From assembly GCA_009602725.1 (NCBI GenBank), contig WELB01000007.1, positions 250,823 to 292,087 of the forward strand: 41,265 nucleotides of DNA, read 5' to 3'. Below, in pieces: positions 21,163-34,939 of the stretch (positions are counted from its first letter, which is position 1; every line of letters starts with the position of its first letter). The translations under genes were made by a program, and so were the position numbers. The stretch is from Spirogloea muscicola. Its lineage: Eukaryota. Below the pieces are notes generated by a model that worked only from the letters and a program-made list of their open reading frames with translations, was not told the origin of the DNA and made no database searches.

Positions 21163-24100
21163 TCACAACTCCGTCCGCCCGCCGCTCGCCCCCCTTCCCC
21201 GCTCCGCCTCCTCCGCCGCCGCCCTCGCCTCCCGCTCCAGCTCCGCCTCGGCCTCCACATCCTCCGCCAGCCGCGCCGCACTCCCGCTCTCCTCCCCGGC
21301 CTCGCCCCCGCCCTGCCCCAGCACCCGCTCCACAAACCGCCGCTGCTCCTCGTCCAGCGTCGTCCACTCTGCCACGATCCGTCGCGCCCCCTGACCACCA
21401 CCCGTCCCCCTGGCCACGCAGTCAGCAGACACCCTGGTACTTACCCAAGGACAGGAAGAAGCGCCCGCTGCTCACCACGCTTGCCAAAGCGACGTACAGG
21501 GCTGGGGGGGTTGCCAGACCTCCAGCTTGGGCTCCTTGGTCATGGGGTTGTTGCACAGGTCAATCGTCTTTGCCGTGCTCTTGGTCTCGTTCCCACACCA
21601 CGACTCGCACCACAGCCACTCCTGCGGAAGGCTGTGGATTGGGACGACATGCTGCGCGTAGTTGGGCAGGTCCTGATCCAGATTGGCCAGCGAGTTGGGG
21701 TCGCGACTGAGGCTCTCGTAAAACACGCGGAGGCGATCGCCGGCTGCCATGGACCGGAACTTCACCAGATCCACCACGTACAGAGCACTGCACCGATGCA
21801 GTATGCTACCTACTATCAGCTCCTCCATAACCACCGGGAGATGCGGTCCTCACGTGAATATGCGGACCGGCGGAAATAGCTGCGACTTCCTGCTCAGAGA
21901 GGATGCCGACGGGTGCCTACCTGATGTGGTAAGGCTTGCCCTGAAGGTGATCCTTCCAAAAGCCCTGCTTCCAGAAGCGATAGCCATCCATCTCCTTGTT
22001 GTTGTCGCACATGGGCGTGTATGCAAAAGGGCAACCATGGAGGTCCATGTCGTAGAGCACGCCCATGTCTACCCGGATGATCTGGTCAGCATCGCAAAAT
22101 ATCACCTGGGACCTCCCGGGACCCCGAGAAAGGACATCAAGACAGGCTCCTTAGTAGACAACAGACAACTGGCCAGTCTCTTGGTGATGCATGCCCTCGT
22201 ACGGCATACCTTCTTCAGAGAGAGGGGAAAGAGGACGTCCAGGAAGAGGATCTTGTATGCCCAGATAAGTCGCTGCTTCTCAGTCTGCTTGTGCAGCCAG
22301 GACGGCCACTTGTAGGTAACCAGCTCAAATTCGAAACCATACTCTCGCGCCATAAGCGGAAGTACGTCCTTGAATTGCGGAGCGAGATAGTTCTTGATGA
22401 ACCAAAACTTCACCGGCCTCCTTGTGTGGCTTAACACAGACAGAATCATGATGCGAGTGAAGCGCTCATACCTGAGCACAGGGGCAGATGAACACGGGGG
22501 GTCACAAGTAGGAGTAATAGGGGACGGGTGCTCATTGCATATGATGCTCCAGCAGAAGCTGCGAAGCTCACAGATGGCCGCTGGCGATGGAGAATATGTT
22601 CACAGTGCCCCCGGTACGCGTGACTCCCCTGCCAAAGTCGCCCACCTCAGCCTGCACAAGTTCTTGGAGTAAGAGTTGGGCTAAGAGAGAAGGCTAAAGT
22701 TGACAGATGGGGCTCCAGCATTATCAGGACTCTACGAGGTTGCTTGCCTGTGGCGTGGACGAAAGATCCTGTGTGGCAAGTGCTGGTTTGCCAGAGGCAA
22801 AGGCATTGAAGACGGAGCCCCACAGAGACCTGGCCTCTCCATCTGAGCCTGCCTGCAAGAGAGGCCTCCACACGCAATCTTATCAGTCACCCTATCACGG
22901 GACTAGAGCAGGCTTTGCTGGAGCATGTCTGGCAGAGTCGTCAGAAAGCGTACCGCTTGGCCAGAATCTGCTGCCTCGGCTTCACCAGCCTCAGAGGCCA
23001 CAGGGGCCGACTCATCTTGCAGAAGCTCCTCCACTTCATATCCAGGCCGCTTGCGCACATGTAGGTGCACATCCACTCTTCTCAAGGTCGCCAGGTGGAT
23101 GCTCTGGAGACTCCCCTCTTGACCACCCACCAATTCGTACAACTCCGTGGAGCGCCCCTAAGCACAGGACACCTCCAGGCTCAGATATGGTGCGGTGGCA
23201 GCATGAAGCAGCATGCAAAGTTTTCAGGTCACAGGCGTGAGGGAATGGGATATCAGGTGGGGAGAGGGGTTTGCGTACAGGGGCAAGTGAGAGGAGCCAA
23301 AGACCAGGCGCAGCCTTGAGCTGGAAGTAGCCAAGATTTGCCATCACTATCGTGTCCACCAGGTGCAGCTCATCCTTCACCCCAAGGCGTAGTTGCAGAC
23401 CCCTTGGGGGCTCCTGGCTTCCTCGGTCCCCGACCTCGTAACAATCGCCTGCACCGCCATGCTCCTTGGGTAGTAACAGCGCATAGGGCTTTGACAAGAC
23501 CAGTAGCAGGGCAAACGCTGAGTCAGGCCATGCTTTTGAGCCGGAGCCCCTACCCGTAATCACAAGAGCTTCCAGCTCGAAGGTAGCGCTGAGCGAGCCA
23601 GACGGCACCTTCTCGAGAATGATGTTGTCGAGGTCATACCTGTAGAACCATCCTCTCATGAGACCCAGACTAGCAGGAGAAGGAGAGACAACTCGTCACA
23701 GCTAGCAGGCATGCCGCTTCCAGGTCCGCCGAGCAACTTACACGGCTATGGTTGACTCGACCAGCCACGCTTCTGGGGTGTGCACATTCAAGGTGAGAAG
23801 GCGGGACTGGGGAAGTCTTGCGAAGGTTACTTGAGTTCCAAGGTCGAGCATGCCATCGGCCCAGGGTTCCACCTGTCATGCACTTGCTGATGTTACCAGC
23901 TACATTTGTTGTCCGCGTAGAAAAGCTAAAGCCAAGCAGCGGGTGGCGGCTTACCTTGCTGGGCACGGCAGCTCGGTAGAAGTTTTTAAGTGGCATATCC
24001 GCAAGATTAGCCTGTGTACATCACAACTTGGTCAATAATAGTACAAATAGGTGGCTCAACATAGGCACAGCCTCCTTATCGTAGGTATTGAGCATGGTAC

Positions 24101-27100
24101 GAGGGTGATGACAGCATTCCTTTCTCCGGAGAGGTATAGAGGTTAGGGAAAGGAAATCAACTGAGGGATTGAGGACAACACGTAACGAAGGCCGGAAGTA
24201 GGACTGGGTCAGGAGCAGCAGGGGGACAAGTCTCTGAGCCTCTGTGCTGAGGGGATCAAGCACAGCATCTATCGACAGCACTGAGCCGGGCTCCTCCCGG
24301 ATAATCCCGCTGCCATGGCCAAACATTTCTGTCAGGCAACCTGAGCCCTGCTGACCAGGTGCAACTCATGCAGTCCAATGGGCAGGCTGCTCTCAGGCCT
24401 TTGAAATGCCCCACCTGTGCTCAACAGCAAGCATGCTGAAGCGAGCCGTCTGCGAGCTCTTGATGCTGGTAGAGCTTGCCGAAGCTGCGCCCATTATTGC
24501 AGTGCTCAAGAAGTCACTGCAAATCAGAGTCAGCCACTGGGTTTGTAAGACCGCAGTGCCAGTGACATTGCAGAGGTCCTCTTTACGGACAGACTGTCGC
24601 TTGCCTTGTCAGAACGTCTGGCTCAAGCTCCTGCCACGAGGCATTCTGGATGATCTCTTGCACGCTCCTGGCCTTCTTCTCAAGCTCCATCCTCCCCATC
24701 AGCTGCAGATCTTCCGCCTGGAGCTCGTCCGGATCCACCAGGAGCACCTGCTGGCAATAACACGGGCTTCAGGCCTTGTGTCCCATGTACCTGCTAGCAG
24801 AGGTGAAACCTGCAATTTCTACCAGATCAGGCAGGGGTTCCGCACCCTGCCGTTGGTGATGAGCCCATTCTGTCCAGGTGCGACTTTCAGAGTGCTGCGA
24901 ACGATGTCCATCAGCTGCCAAAGCAGGAAGAGGCATCACACGATCCACCATGAGCTCCTATGCTATTGCTGCCACGTCCGCCCTGGGCCAGGGCTATGCT
25001 TATGACGAAACAGCATCTGCTGAGGTCAGAGTGCACCTCCATCATAGATTGTGTAGCAGATTCCCACTCAGAGAGCAGACTCTGCAGACTTTTCTCTTGA
25101 AGGCCAAAGTCGTGCGCCAGCTCCAGAGCAGCCTCTGGAGTAAGGCTTGCAACTCCTGGGCTGGACAGCAGGCTCCGGAGGAAGGGTACCAGCTTGGCTC
25201 GTCTACTGCCACAGGCAGTACCAGGCCCACACAAATCAGTCAACACGACGCACCTACAGGCTCTTCATTGACGTCCCTGTTTGGTACATGCCAATAATAG
25301 GAGAGACTCGTCTTACCTTGGCAGCCTCAGGGCTGCAACGACCACTCTCGCAACCAGGGTGTCATTCAGAGAAGCGTGACCTTGCTCCTGTCTAGGAGCG
25401 TTGTGAAGCACTGCTACACGAGACTGCATTGCTTCCTCGCTCCCATCCTCCTGCTTTCATGAGATGTGCAGCATGGCAGTCCATTACATCATACAATGAA
25501 CGTAGTGGCAGCTCTGCCTCCAAATGTCACTCAATGCTGCGGTGAGTGCTGATCGAGCAGCAGATGCAGAGAGCCTGAGTCACGAGGGCCGCAAGGACTT
25601 GCTCTACGCACAAGATGGTGAAGTGTCTGACGAAGCAGTGAGAGGCCGGATGCAGCCGTTAGGTCAGCCAACACCCAGTATGTGAGCGGCTTCACATTGT
25701 CCTCCGCTGCTCCTCGATCATGTGCAGGCATACCAGTACAGTATGGAGATCAGGTCACACGGATCTTGCATCTCTCCAGCGAGGTTCATGTGTGCGACCA
25801 ACCAGGAGCCACTAGGGCGCTGCAAGGACGAGCATGGCAGGTGCGTAGGACTGTGCTGCCACATACTATCTGCTGTGTGAAGGTAAGGCAGCTCTGCCAT
25901 GGTGGGATGCTGCAACGTGTCGACAAGGGAGACATAGACTTCCTTGCTGCCATCTGCTCCCAAGATCTGCAAGCGGCCAGAGCCACGCCATCAGTACCAC
26001 TTACACTGATACTGCCTATTCTGCAATGCAGGGCACAAGAAGAGCAACATGTAGGCCCCTCACTTTGGCATTGTATCGCGTCACAGCAGAGTCGTCCAAG
26101 AAGAAACTCAGCGCGTCCGTGCGGGTTGTGAGCCTTCCATAATAAACGGCTTCCTGCACCTTGGGCATCTCGTCCCCAATGCCATCCACAGCACCCTCTA
26201 ACACCTGGACAATGCAAATATATGTATTGACAGTTTGTGTGATATATGCACAGATGATTCTTTTTGGCTCATGCTCAGAGCAGACCAGCATGGAGGCATG
26301 GGCGCTCGTACATACACCAGCCGAGGTGGTGAGGATGCCGTTGAAGAGGAGGCATGGCAGGGATCGGGAGAGGCCGAGCTTGAAGACTGCTGCGCTGCTA
26401 TTAGCAGCAAGAGCTGCATACGCCTCGCTCTCTCCCAGATCTCGCAGGACCTCCAAAGCTTGGTCTTCACTGTACCTAGCTCTCTGCGACCTGCACATTG
26501 CCCCACTGCCAAGGTCTTCATTGCCAAGCCCTATGTAAAATGTCCTTGGTGGAAGATGGAGCACTCTCGCCGTGGTTGGTTGCAGCCGAGCACAGTCCAA
26601 CAGATCTTCGATCTGGTCAGTGGGCAAGTACAAGGTGTGAAGCAGGCTATCAATACCCCATGGCTTTCGCAAAGGCAGACTCGACAACTGTGTAGGCCAC
26701 AGGGTCCTCAAATGACTCGTCGCTGTAAACCTCCTCCTGCAGCTGGCCAATCTGCAACCACAGCCCCATGGGCAAGACTTGCGGTCACCACTGTCTCATG
26801 ATTGCACGACATGATGAATGACCTCCATAATCTAGCACGGTAGGATACAAGGGTGGACAGCTTCAGCAATATAGTCAGGCAAAGAGAGGTGTCACAATGG
26901 TGTAAGTATGGAAAGTGAACATTGTTGTCGATGTGACAGAAAGCAAAGAACCTCACATTAATGAGGAAATCAAACGCAGCTCGCATCTCAAAATTATCTC
27001 GGAGATACAGGAATGCTCGGATGACCTGACAGAAGCAGCACACCGTTAATATTTGAGAGGTGTTGCTAACCAGCATGGTAGGGCTCAAGGGGCAGAGAAG

Positions 27101-30100
27101 CAAGCAGGCAGCACGTAGCACCTGTGCTAGCAGAGAGTATTGGAGCAGAAGGGTCGATGCTACTTGCAGCCTACCATATCTGATGGGCTCGGCTCAGCTA
27201 CTGGCACGAGATCGCTGCCATGCTGTTCCATCTGCCGTAACACATCCGTTGCAGCCAGCATGACAGCAGAACGCACTGGGAGGAACCTTTGGAACTGATC
27301 CATGATTGCCTCCACAACCTGCGCAAGAACCCTTCATGCCTCAGGCACCAAGTGACTTTCACTGCACTGCTGCGCCAGAGGACTCCTGTGTAGGCAATCA
27401 GCATACCCTCACTCTTCGCAAGAGTCAGCTGAGAATTTGACAGAGCAGAATTGTGAGAGATGTGAAGGCACACCTGGAGGCCAGCAGGAGTAGCTGGGTC
27501 GATGATGTAGATTGCGTGGAAGAGGTTCTTGCGCACAGCACGAATCTGACCAGCATACGCTGGCATGAGGAGCTGCAAACACGTGCTCAGGAAGGTAACA
27601 GTCAGGCTCTGCAACAAAGGGCATTGACTTCAAAGCACTCCTGCCTGAGGCTTCACCAGTGTAGAAGGTCCTATCCATCAAACCATCTCCATAAGCCTTG
27701 GCTGGCTTTCACAGCGGCTCTGAGTCAGCAGCAGCTTCATCTTTGTTAGGAATTGGCCAAACTTTGTGATGACATGCATCAGCACCTCAGGGGCCCCAAG
27801 GGTTTGGCAACAGCTGTACCTCACCTCATTGAGCGCAGTGCGCCAGGTACGGTACCGAGCATCGGCCTCGATGTTGTTGAGGTAGTGAATGTGCTGATCG
27901 TGCAGCCGGTGGTCGATCCTAGGGCTTCGGTTTTCGCCTGCCCCTGGCAGCAGCATGAGGCGCTTCACCACCTCCGCTGGCAGCTGGCGAACAATGTCAA
28001 AGACAAAGGCTCACAAAGGCTCACGACGTCAGCAGAGTGTGCGTCAGGACCACGCTCTGATGCTACCAGCAGCAGCAGCATGCGAGCAACTGCGACTGGT
28101 GGTGCCCACCTGCAACTTCTTCAAGTCCTCGGCAACAGTAAGCTCCTGTCTCAAGAGCTCCAGCAGCCTGAGAAACGAGAGTGCTCCCAACAATCACTAC
28201 ATTCTCATGCACACAACTCCCCCACGAGCGAGGAGTGCAAGGTCTGACGTCTGTGCAGGTGTCACCAGCAGATGGAGACATTTGCACGAGCACACGTACG
28301 AGAAAAGATCGAGGGAGTCGAGGCTCAGAAGAGCGCCGTTCAGAGCAAGAAGGTTACGGCCCGCCATCATCATACGCTGATTCTGACCAATCTCATCAGC
28401 TATGGTCCTGTTGAGCTGACACATGCACACATTGATCAGTCGACAAAAAACTCGGGGAGAAGCATGTATGACCACCCTGTGAAGCATTCCCAACCTGCCC
28501 AGGAGAGCGGTCCCATTGCATAAGGATGACACATCAGCCTTTCGCAGCAAAGCAGCTAACCTTGGTCCTTGAGAGGGAGGACACAAGGTTTGGGAAGTTC
28601 TGGTTCATCTCCTGCATGAGTTGCAGAGGATCCGCAGCTACAGCTATTCTTTGTGAAGCCTGTAAACCGAGGTCTGCATATTTGCGCGCACACAGGGAAC
28701 AGGGGGCAACTCTGGATGGGGTCACGCAACGATGCGCAGGACATTCAGAGTCCTGGCAAGAAACACAGACAGCTGGACATCGTCCCTCGGACAGAGCTGA
28801 TGGGGCAGGGCCAAGTCGTCGATAGATTAGTAGCACCGGCCAGACGATGTGCTGCATACATGAGCACATTGTGACTGAGGCGAGTTGTACCTTTGATATC
28901 CCACACATTGACCTTCTCAGAGATGTCATCAATGGACATGAGGTGGTCTCTGAAGGTCAAAAGCTCCGCGGTCAGGTGAGCTTTCCGCTCCTGACACACA
29001 ACGCCAGCTCCGCAACATCATGAATTTAGCGCACACGGGCTGTCAACTCGGTCAAGTCTCTCCTGCATGGCTCTTGTGACGTGATATCGCATTGCTCCAG
29101 TCAGGCCTCAATCCCTGAACCTTTAGGCTGGAACATCTAACACTGACATGGCTTGGTCAGGCCCTCCAGGACCTCACAAGCAACTGCTGGAAGTTGAAGC
29201 CTTTCACATCCTCCATTAAGTTGTCTTCGGTGCTCTCACTGCTGCCAGCTCCTCCTGCGCTTGGTCGAGAGAGCATGCCGTGTCAGCCTGAACACCTACT
29301 TCTTGCCAGGCTGACCCAGCACCCCAGATCGATGAGCAGACCCCCAGTAGTGACTTCACCTTACCACCGCAACAGAGAAGCCTGTTTGCCACCCCCGCCA
29401 TGCCAACAACATGATGCCCCCCCATCACCGCCCGGCCCCCGCTGCGCTAGGCCCCTCAAAGAGTAGAGACACTTCACCGGCACGGTCATGGCTGTCGTCC
29501 ATTGCCTTGTACTCCATGTTTTTCAGTGCCAGCTCCACTCCGTATCCAGGGAGTGTGACAACGCTGTCTATGCCAAGCGCAGTGCAGGTCTCTGCTGAGC
29601 GCTGGCATCCCACTGGGAGGAGGGGCCTGTATATGTACCTGAGACTGCCCTGCAGCGCACCACTATGGCAGAGGCAATCAGGGAGCCCAAGTTGCACATG
29701 GCAGAGGGTGCATAAAATGCTGGATAGTGACAGCTCCAGCAATCCTGACACTGCAGCAGTAGAGAAAGTGCAATTGGCGGCCATCACAGGTGAGCAGACA
29801 GTCTCCTTTGACACAGAGATCTGCACAGCTTGAGGCACTTGACAGACCTTCTTTGCAGCTTCTGCAAGGGGTCGGTGCAGTGGTGCAAAGCAGGCCGAAC
29901 CCAGCGCCCCATATAGCACGGCCACGCTCGCTGCTGCCTCCCCCCCGGGATAGACGTGGCCGACTGTGGTTGCACCGAGTGACTCCTCCTCCTGCCACCC
30001 TGGGAGCTCCCTGCACCCCCACACAACCCCTGTTCAGCCATTGTCAGCCGCGTTTCGGCACCTCTGGCCAGCGAGAGAGCCTCGTCTCACTGCCTGAGGC

Positions 30101-30907
30101 CAGGGGTCTGCCATTTGCAGGCAGAAGCTTGAACCTTGACATCAAGGTTGCCAGCCATGCGGAGACGTCAGTGGGGGTGTAGAGGTGTGCACTGGCGCCG
30201 ACATCCACCCAGCAGCAGTGGCGGCCTTCGGCTGCGGGGGGCTCCACGCTCACAGTCCACCTGTCCAGATCCCCCTGCACCGGGCTGGCCAGAAGGCCGG
30301 CGCGTGCCAGAGACTGGCGTGCCAGCTGCCGGTAGGGCACGAGCGCCACGGACTCGGTGCGCAGGCGCAGGGACAGGCCCACCAGCGTGGTCAACTGGTC
30401 TCCCAGCAGCGTCCCGGCGCAGGCCAGGATGCGGCCTACGCAATCTGCCTCTGTCAGGGAGCCATTCCTGCCCTGCTCGGCCAGAGCAACCCAGCTCTCG
30501 ACGAACCGCCAGAGGCGATCCCCGCCAGCCCGAGCAATGACCTCCCTGGAGGACGAGGAGGAAAGAGGGCATGCGTGAAGCACAAAAAGGGCCGAGGCGG
30601 CTGAGTCGTGAAAATAGTGAAGGTAGGGGATGGGTGGCACTGGCATGCCCTGTCAGTGCAGCCCCGCGCGGCAGAGGCCAGCAGCCCAGCGGTGAGGGGA
30701 TGGAGGAGGCCGGTGGCGAGGGGCGGGAGGTGGGCTCACCCGGCTTCGAGCAGCAGGGAGGTGCCTTGCCACTTGGCGCGCAGGGAGACGGCGACGGGCG
30801 GGGAGGGGGAGGGGCGAGGAGGGGGAGGAGCGGCGGCGGCGGCAGAGGGGGCGGAGNNNNNNNNNNNNNNNNNNNNNNNNNNNNGGGCGGCGCGCAGGAG
30901 CGGCCAT
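21163..30907 (-). CDS. UGGT: UDP-glucose:glycoprotein glucosyltransferase (GT24), many exons
   Basis: Contains [135 protein letters not shown] and [13 protein letters not shown], and ends RTEL*. The start codon lies next to an N gap (30857-30884), so it is approximate. Confidence 0.96.
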
Positions 30908-31039
30908 GGGGGCGGCGGCGGGGCGGCGGCCTGGGCGCTGCGGCTGAGCCTCGGCCCCGAGGCCAGCTCTCGCACTCCGCGACACGCCGAGCCCTGCCGG
31001 GCGCCTGACGCCGCCGCAACAGAGGAGGCGCGCGGCGGT

Positions 31040-33590
31040 CGAACGAAGGACAGGCTGTGAGAAGGCCAGCCCAACAGAACGACTGCGGCTGCAGATATAT
31101 GAAGAGCGGCTGTAAACGGCCAGCCAGATGCACACAGGTGATCGCGACGGAGCCACAGGCTAGGCAGACAGGGCGCTCTTATAAACCCCGTGTCAGCAGT
31201 AGGAAGGCAGATGAGCCGAGGGGAGGAAGAGCAACCCCGCTGTGCACGCCAGAGGCTGCTGCAAGGGCGCGACCGGCGCGGCGGTGCAAAGCCAGCGCTT
31301 GGGACCCCTGGAGGGACATAGATAAACTCATGCGGTAGCAGGGACACCACCCAAAGAAAATGTGTATTTGAAACAAACGAAGGCCAAATGGCCAAGTACA
31401 AAGGCAAGCACATCTTAAGACCTACATAACCTACAGTAGAAAGTAGTACATAACCTACAGTACCCAAAGGCACCGAGCCACCGGGAAGGGCTGCACCCAG
31501 TTCCAATGGAGGAAACAGCTCTTCCCAATTGACAGCAATGGCTGGAGTGCCCAGAGAATGGACAAGGTCTGAAAGAGGAGGCCCTATCCAACAGGAGGCA
31601 ACGGCTGGGAAAAAGCAATCCTACACAGAGGTCCAGAAGGCCCGAGGAGGGTGGCACTTTGGAAGAGCGCTCGCTCTTCTCATGCATCGGCTCGCAAACA
31701 GCAAGCTCCTTCAAAGAAGGAGCGATGGCCGTCAGTGGCCAGCCCAAGGAGAAGGCACAGCAAGTGCTGGCGCAGAACAGCTCTGCAGAGGAGACCAGCA
31801 CCGCGTTCATGACAGCCCCCAGTAAGGGCCACTCACTCACAATCTCAGCTCTACGAGCTGCGGGCCCCGTGATCCATCAACATGTATGCACCGGCTGAGC
31901 AAGCCCGGCGCCCTGACCTGGTGCCATGCGACATCATGGTGCAGCAGGACTGCCCTGAGCCCAGTATTGCTGAAGTCTCTTGTGCTTACTCTCCAGTAGA
32001 AAGTACTCGTCAGGTACAACAATAGATGAAAGCTAAAGTCACAGGACCCCCGTGTCAGCATTCGGAGCCTGGGTTGAGTTGAGATCCTGGTGGTGGAAGC
32101 TAGGGCGGTGCGTGGTGCGAGAAACGAGAGGAGGCCACGCCGAGGCACTGCACAGTCCATGCTTACGGCAGCCAAAGCGCGGCTTGCCCTTAAGTGCACT
32201 GCATGAGCTTGTGAACGCCGAAATGGGATGGAAAGCTGCATGCGGAATACCTGGGCAGGCGACCGGGCGGGATTGAGGCCGGGCAACTCACCTTGCAGTC
32301 CCCGACAACGACTGATGGCCTGCCGTGTCAGCCGCTGCAGGAGGTCCAGCCACCGCGTGCCAAATGCACGTCCATCGCCAGCGCCACGACTCTTCGCAGG
32401 CAGGGTGATCCGCATACTTGCGCTCTTCTCCGTCTGCCTCTGGCTACTGCGAAGGAAGAAGTAAGCTCTTTGAAGGGGCAAGGGCTGTGATAGCCAGCCC
32501 GGAAAGAGCGGACAAGGTCGAAAGGGCCGTAAAGTGCTAAAAGCACAACGTTATGCAAGTGGCTACAGCAAATGCGAGCTTAGTAACCCCGAGCCAGCAG
32601 CCACAAGTCGGACTAATTTGCAGCTGGAAAGAGTCACCCCGACAATGCACAGAAGTAGCAGCCAAAGCACGGCCTGTCTGCAAGTGCACTTCATGAGCCA
32701 CGGACCGTCGGGTGGAGATGGAGAGCCGCATGTGGAAGACTTGGGCAAGCGCCGGCGGCGTTGGAGCTGGCAGCTCACTTTGCTGTCTCAATCGATTATC
32801 TATGGTCCATAATGCAAGTTGCTGCAGAACTTCCAGCCACCGACTGCCAAACGCACCGTGCACGTCCATCGCCAGCGCCACGAGATCATTGCCCGTAGGG
32901 TGGTCTGCGTACTAGCGCTTTTTACCGCCCCCATTTGGCTTAAGGCAAGGAAGAAATAAGCTCTTATAAGGGCGAGAGCTGTGATAGCCAGCCCAGAAAG
33001 GAGGGACAAGGTCAAAAGGGCCCGAAATGGCGCTAAATTCACACAGCCATGCAAGTGGCTACAGCAGATGGGAGCTTAGTAACGCCGAGCAGCAGCCGCA
33101 AGTCTGAGCAAAAGCACATAGCTGTGCAAGTGGCTACAGCAAATGGGAGCTTAGTCATGCCGAGTCAGCAGCAGCAAGGAATCGGAGTAAGTTGCAGCTC
33201 GGAAAGAGTCACTCTGACGAAATTCAGAAGTAGCAGCCAAAGCACGGCCTGCCCGCACGTGCACTGCATGAGCTTGGAAATGCATGCGGAAGAGCTGGGA
33301 AGCGATACGTCGACGTTGAGATGCCGTACAGCTCACCTTGCTATCGCTGATGGCGATTGATGGCCCGCCGTGCAAGCCGCTGCAGCAGGTCCAGCCACTG
33401 ACTGCAAAATGCCCCGTGCGCGTCCATCGCCAGCGCCACAAGTTCATGCCGGCAAGGTGGTCCGCATACTTGCGCTCACTTCCGCCAGCAGCCTTGCCAA
33501 GCGCGTGCCCTGCTTGTGCCGCGGATATGGTGGGGTTGGAGGAGTCGGTTGTCACGACGTCCGCGACGATGCGGGGGCCCTCTTTGAGAG
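31040..33590 (-). mobile_element. Co-oriented stack of degenerate CRE-type fragments upstream of UGGT
   Basis: Subfamily A end at 31085-31505 (...LLTRGL*). RLE remnants at 32160-32440, 32580-32915 and 33151-33585 (ALAMDVHGAFGSRWL, RKYADH, RAGRALAATS...LLTRHD*). Hairpin modules at ~31053, ~32482 and ~32976. Confidence 0.85.
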
Positions 33591-33594
33591 GAGC

Positions 33595-34310
33595 CTAGCT
33601 TCTCTGACCTGAGGCTGCTTAGCACGGGTCGCTGAGTAATACGTAGCTGCTTTGTTTCTTGTTGTGCTTGTTTTTCTTAGCGCTTCCCCTGGCCCCCTTC
33701 TCGTACTTTGTTCCTTCTTTTTGGGCTGGCTTTTCCAGCCCCCATCTTCAATGGGCGAGCTCTTTCTTCCCTTAGAGGCTCCTCTTTCTTTGGCTTTGGA
33801 CATTGTCCATTCTTTTTGGGCTAGCTTTGCCAGCCCCTCTTCTCTATGGGCGAGCTCTTTCCTCTTTAAGAGGCCCTCAATGGGCGAGCCCTTCTTCTTT
33901 GAGAGAGAAGGCGGGCGGTGCGCATGAATTTGAGAGGAGGCCATCTCTAGCCTTACAAATGTCCTGTTAACTGGGTAATGAGCAGGCTAAGGGAGACACT
34001 AAATATCCCCGAGTAAGAGAGAATTGCTTTTCCGGCTGCCGTTCTCTCTGACGTGCGGGAGCTAGCTCGGGGTCAATGAGCATTCGTCCTTCGCAGCACT
34101 TGCATAGCTGGGTGGTTCAGCGCTTACCGGCCCCTTCGGACCTTGTCCGTTCATTTCGGGGTAGGCTTCGTTGGGGCGGGCTTTCACAGCCCCTTTCTAC
34201 ATGCTACTCGCTTGGTTGTGTGTGGTTCCGGGGCTGGTAGGCCCCTTCGGACCTTGTAAGTTCTTGTCGGGCTGGCTTTCTCACAGCCCTCGGCCCCTTC
34301 AGATAGAGAG
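33595..34310 (+). mobile_element. Plus-strand CRE-type 3' ends (subfamily D UTR and further modules)
   Basis: 33605-33765 matches the reverse complement of 13113-13295. Modules at ~33723, ~33818 and ~34269. Confidence 0.8.
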
Positions 34311-34939
34311 TAGAGGCGCGGTGCGCTAGAAATGAGAGGGAGGCCAATTCAAGCCAATACGTTGTTCAGGCAGATACTAGTGCTAAAAGACATCGCTACA
34401 TGAATGATGAGATGAGAGAAGGCGTGCAGTGCGAGTGGGAGAAAGAGCTATTCCAATGTGAGGCGATGGCTGTCCGGAGGCCGGCCCAAAGGGAAAGTAC
34501 AACAAGAAGGAACGCTCTTCCAGAAGAGCGCGATGTATAAGGTCTAGAATGACCTTTGGATGATACACCAGCGTGCTGGGCGTGGGTTAGGCCAGGCTAA
34601 TGGCTTCCGTGGTGGTGGTCTGGCTCCTCAGCTTAGCTCGTCTGATACGTGCGTGCTCACTCGAGGATATCAGTGCCCCACTTAGCCAACTCATTATCCC
34701 GTTACCAGGACAAATTCAAGGCTGGAATTGGCCTCTCTTGGATGAAGCTCACTTTCTACTGGGACGAGCTGACGTCGTCTTGGGACGAGCCCACGTTCAC
34801 TGGTGTCACGGCCCTTGGCTCACGGCGGGGGGGGCGAGGGCGAGGAGGCGGGCCAGGAAGGGGGGGGCGGCGGCACGTGCGCCCGGCTCGTGGCGGTGTC
34901 GACAGGGTGGGGACATCCCGGGGGCGGAGCTTGGAGCCC

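Noticed and set aside
29113..29122. Single CCCTGAACC in a UGGT intron as a telomerase RNA template or telomere seed
   Set aside because: One short match is expected by chance and there is no supporting context.
33550..33610. Twin-priming inversion at a head-to-head junction
   Set aside because: The two arms appear to be from different subfamilies, each with its own 3' end, so independent insertions are simpler.
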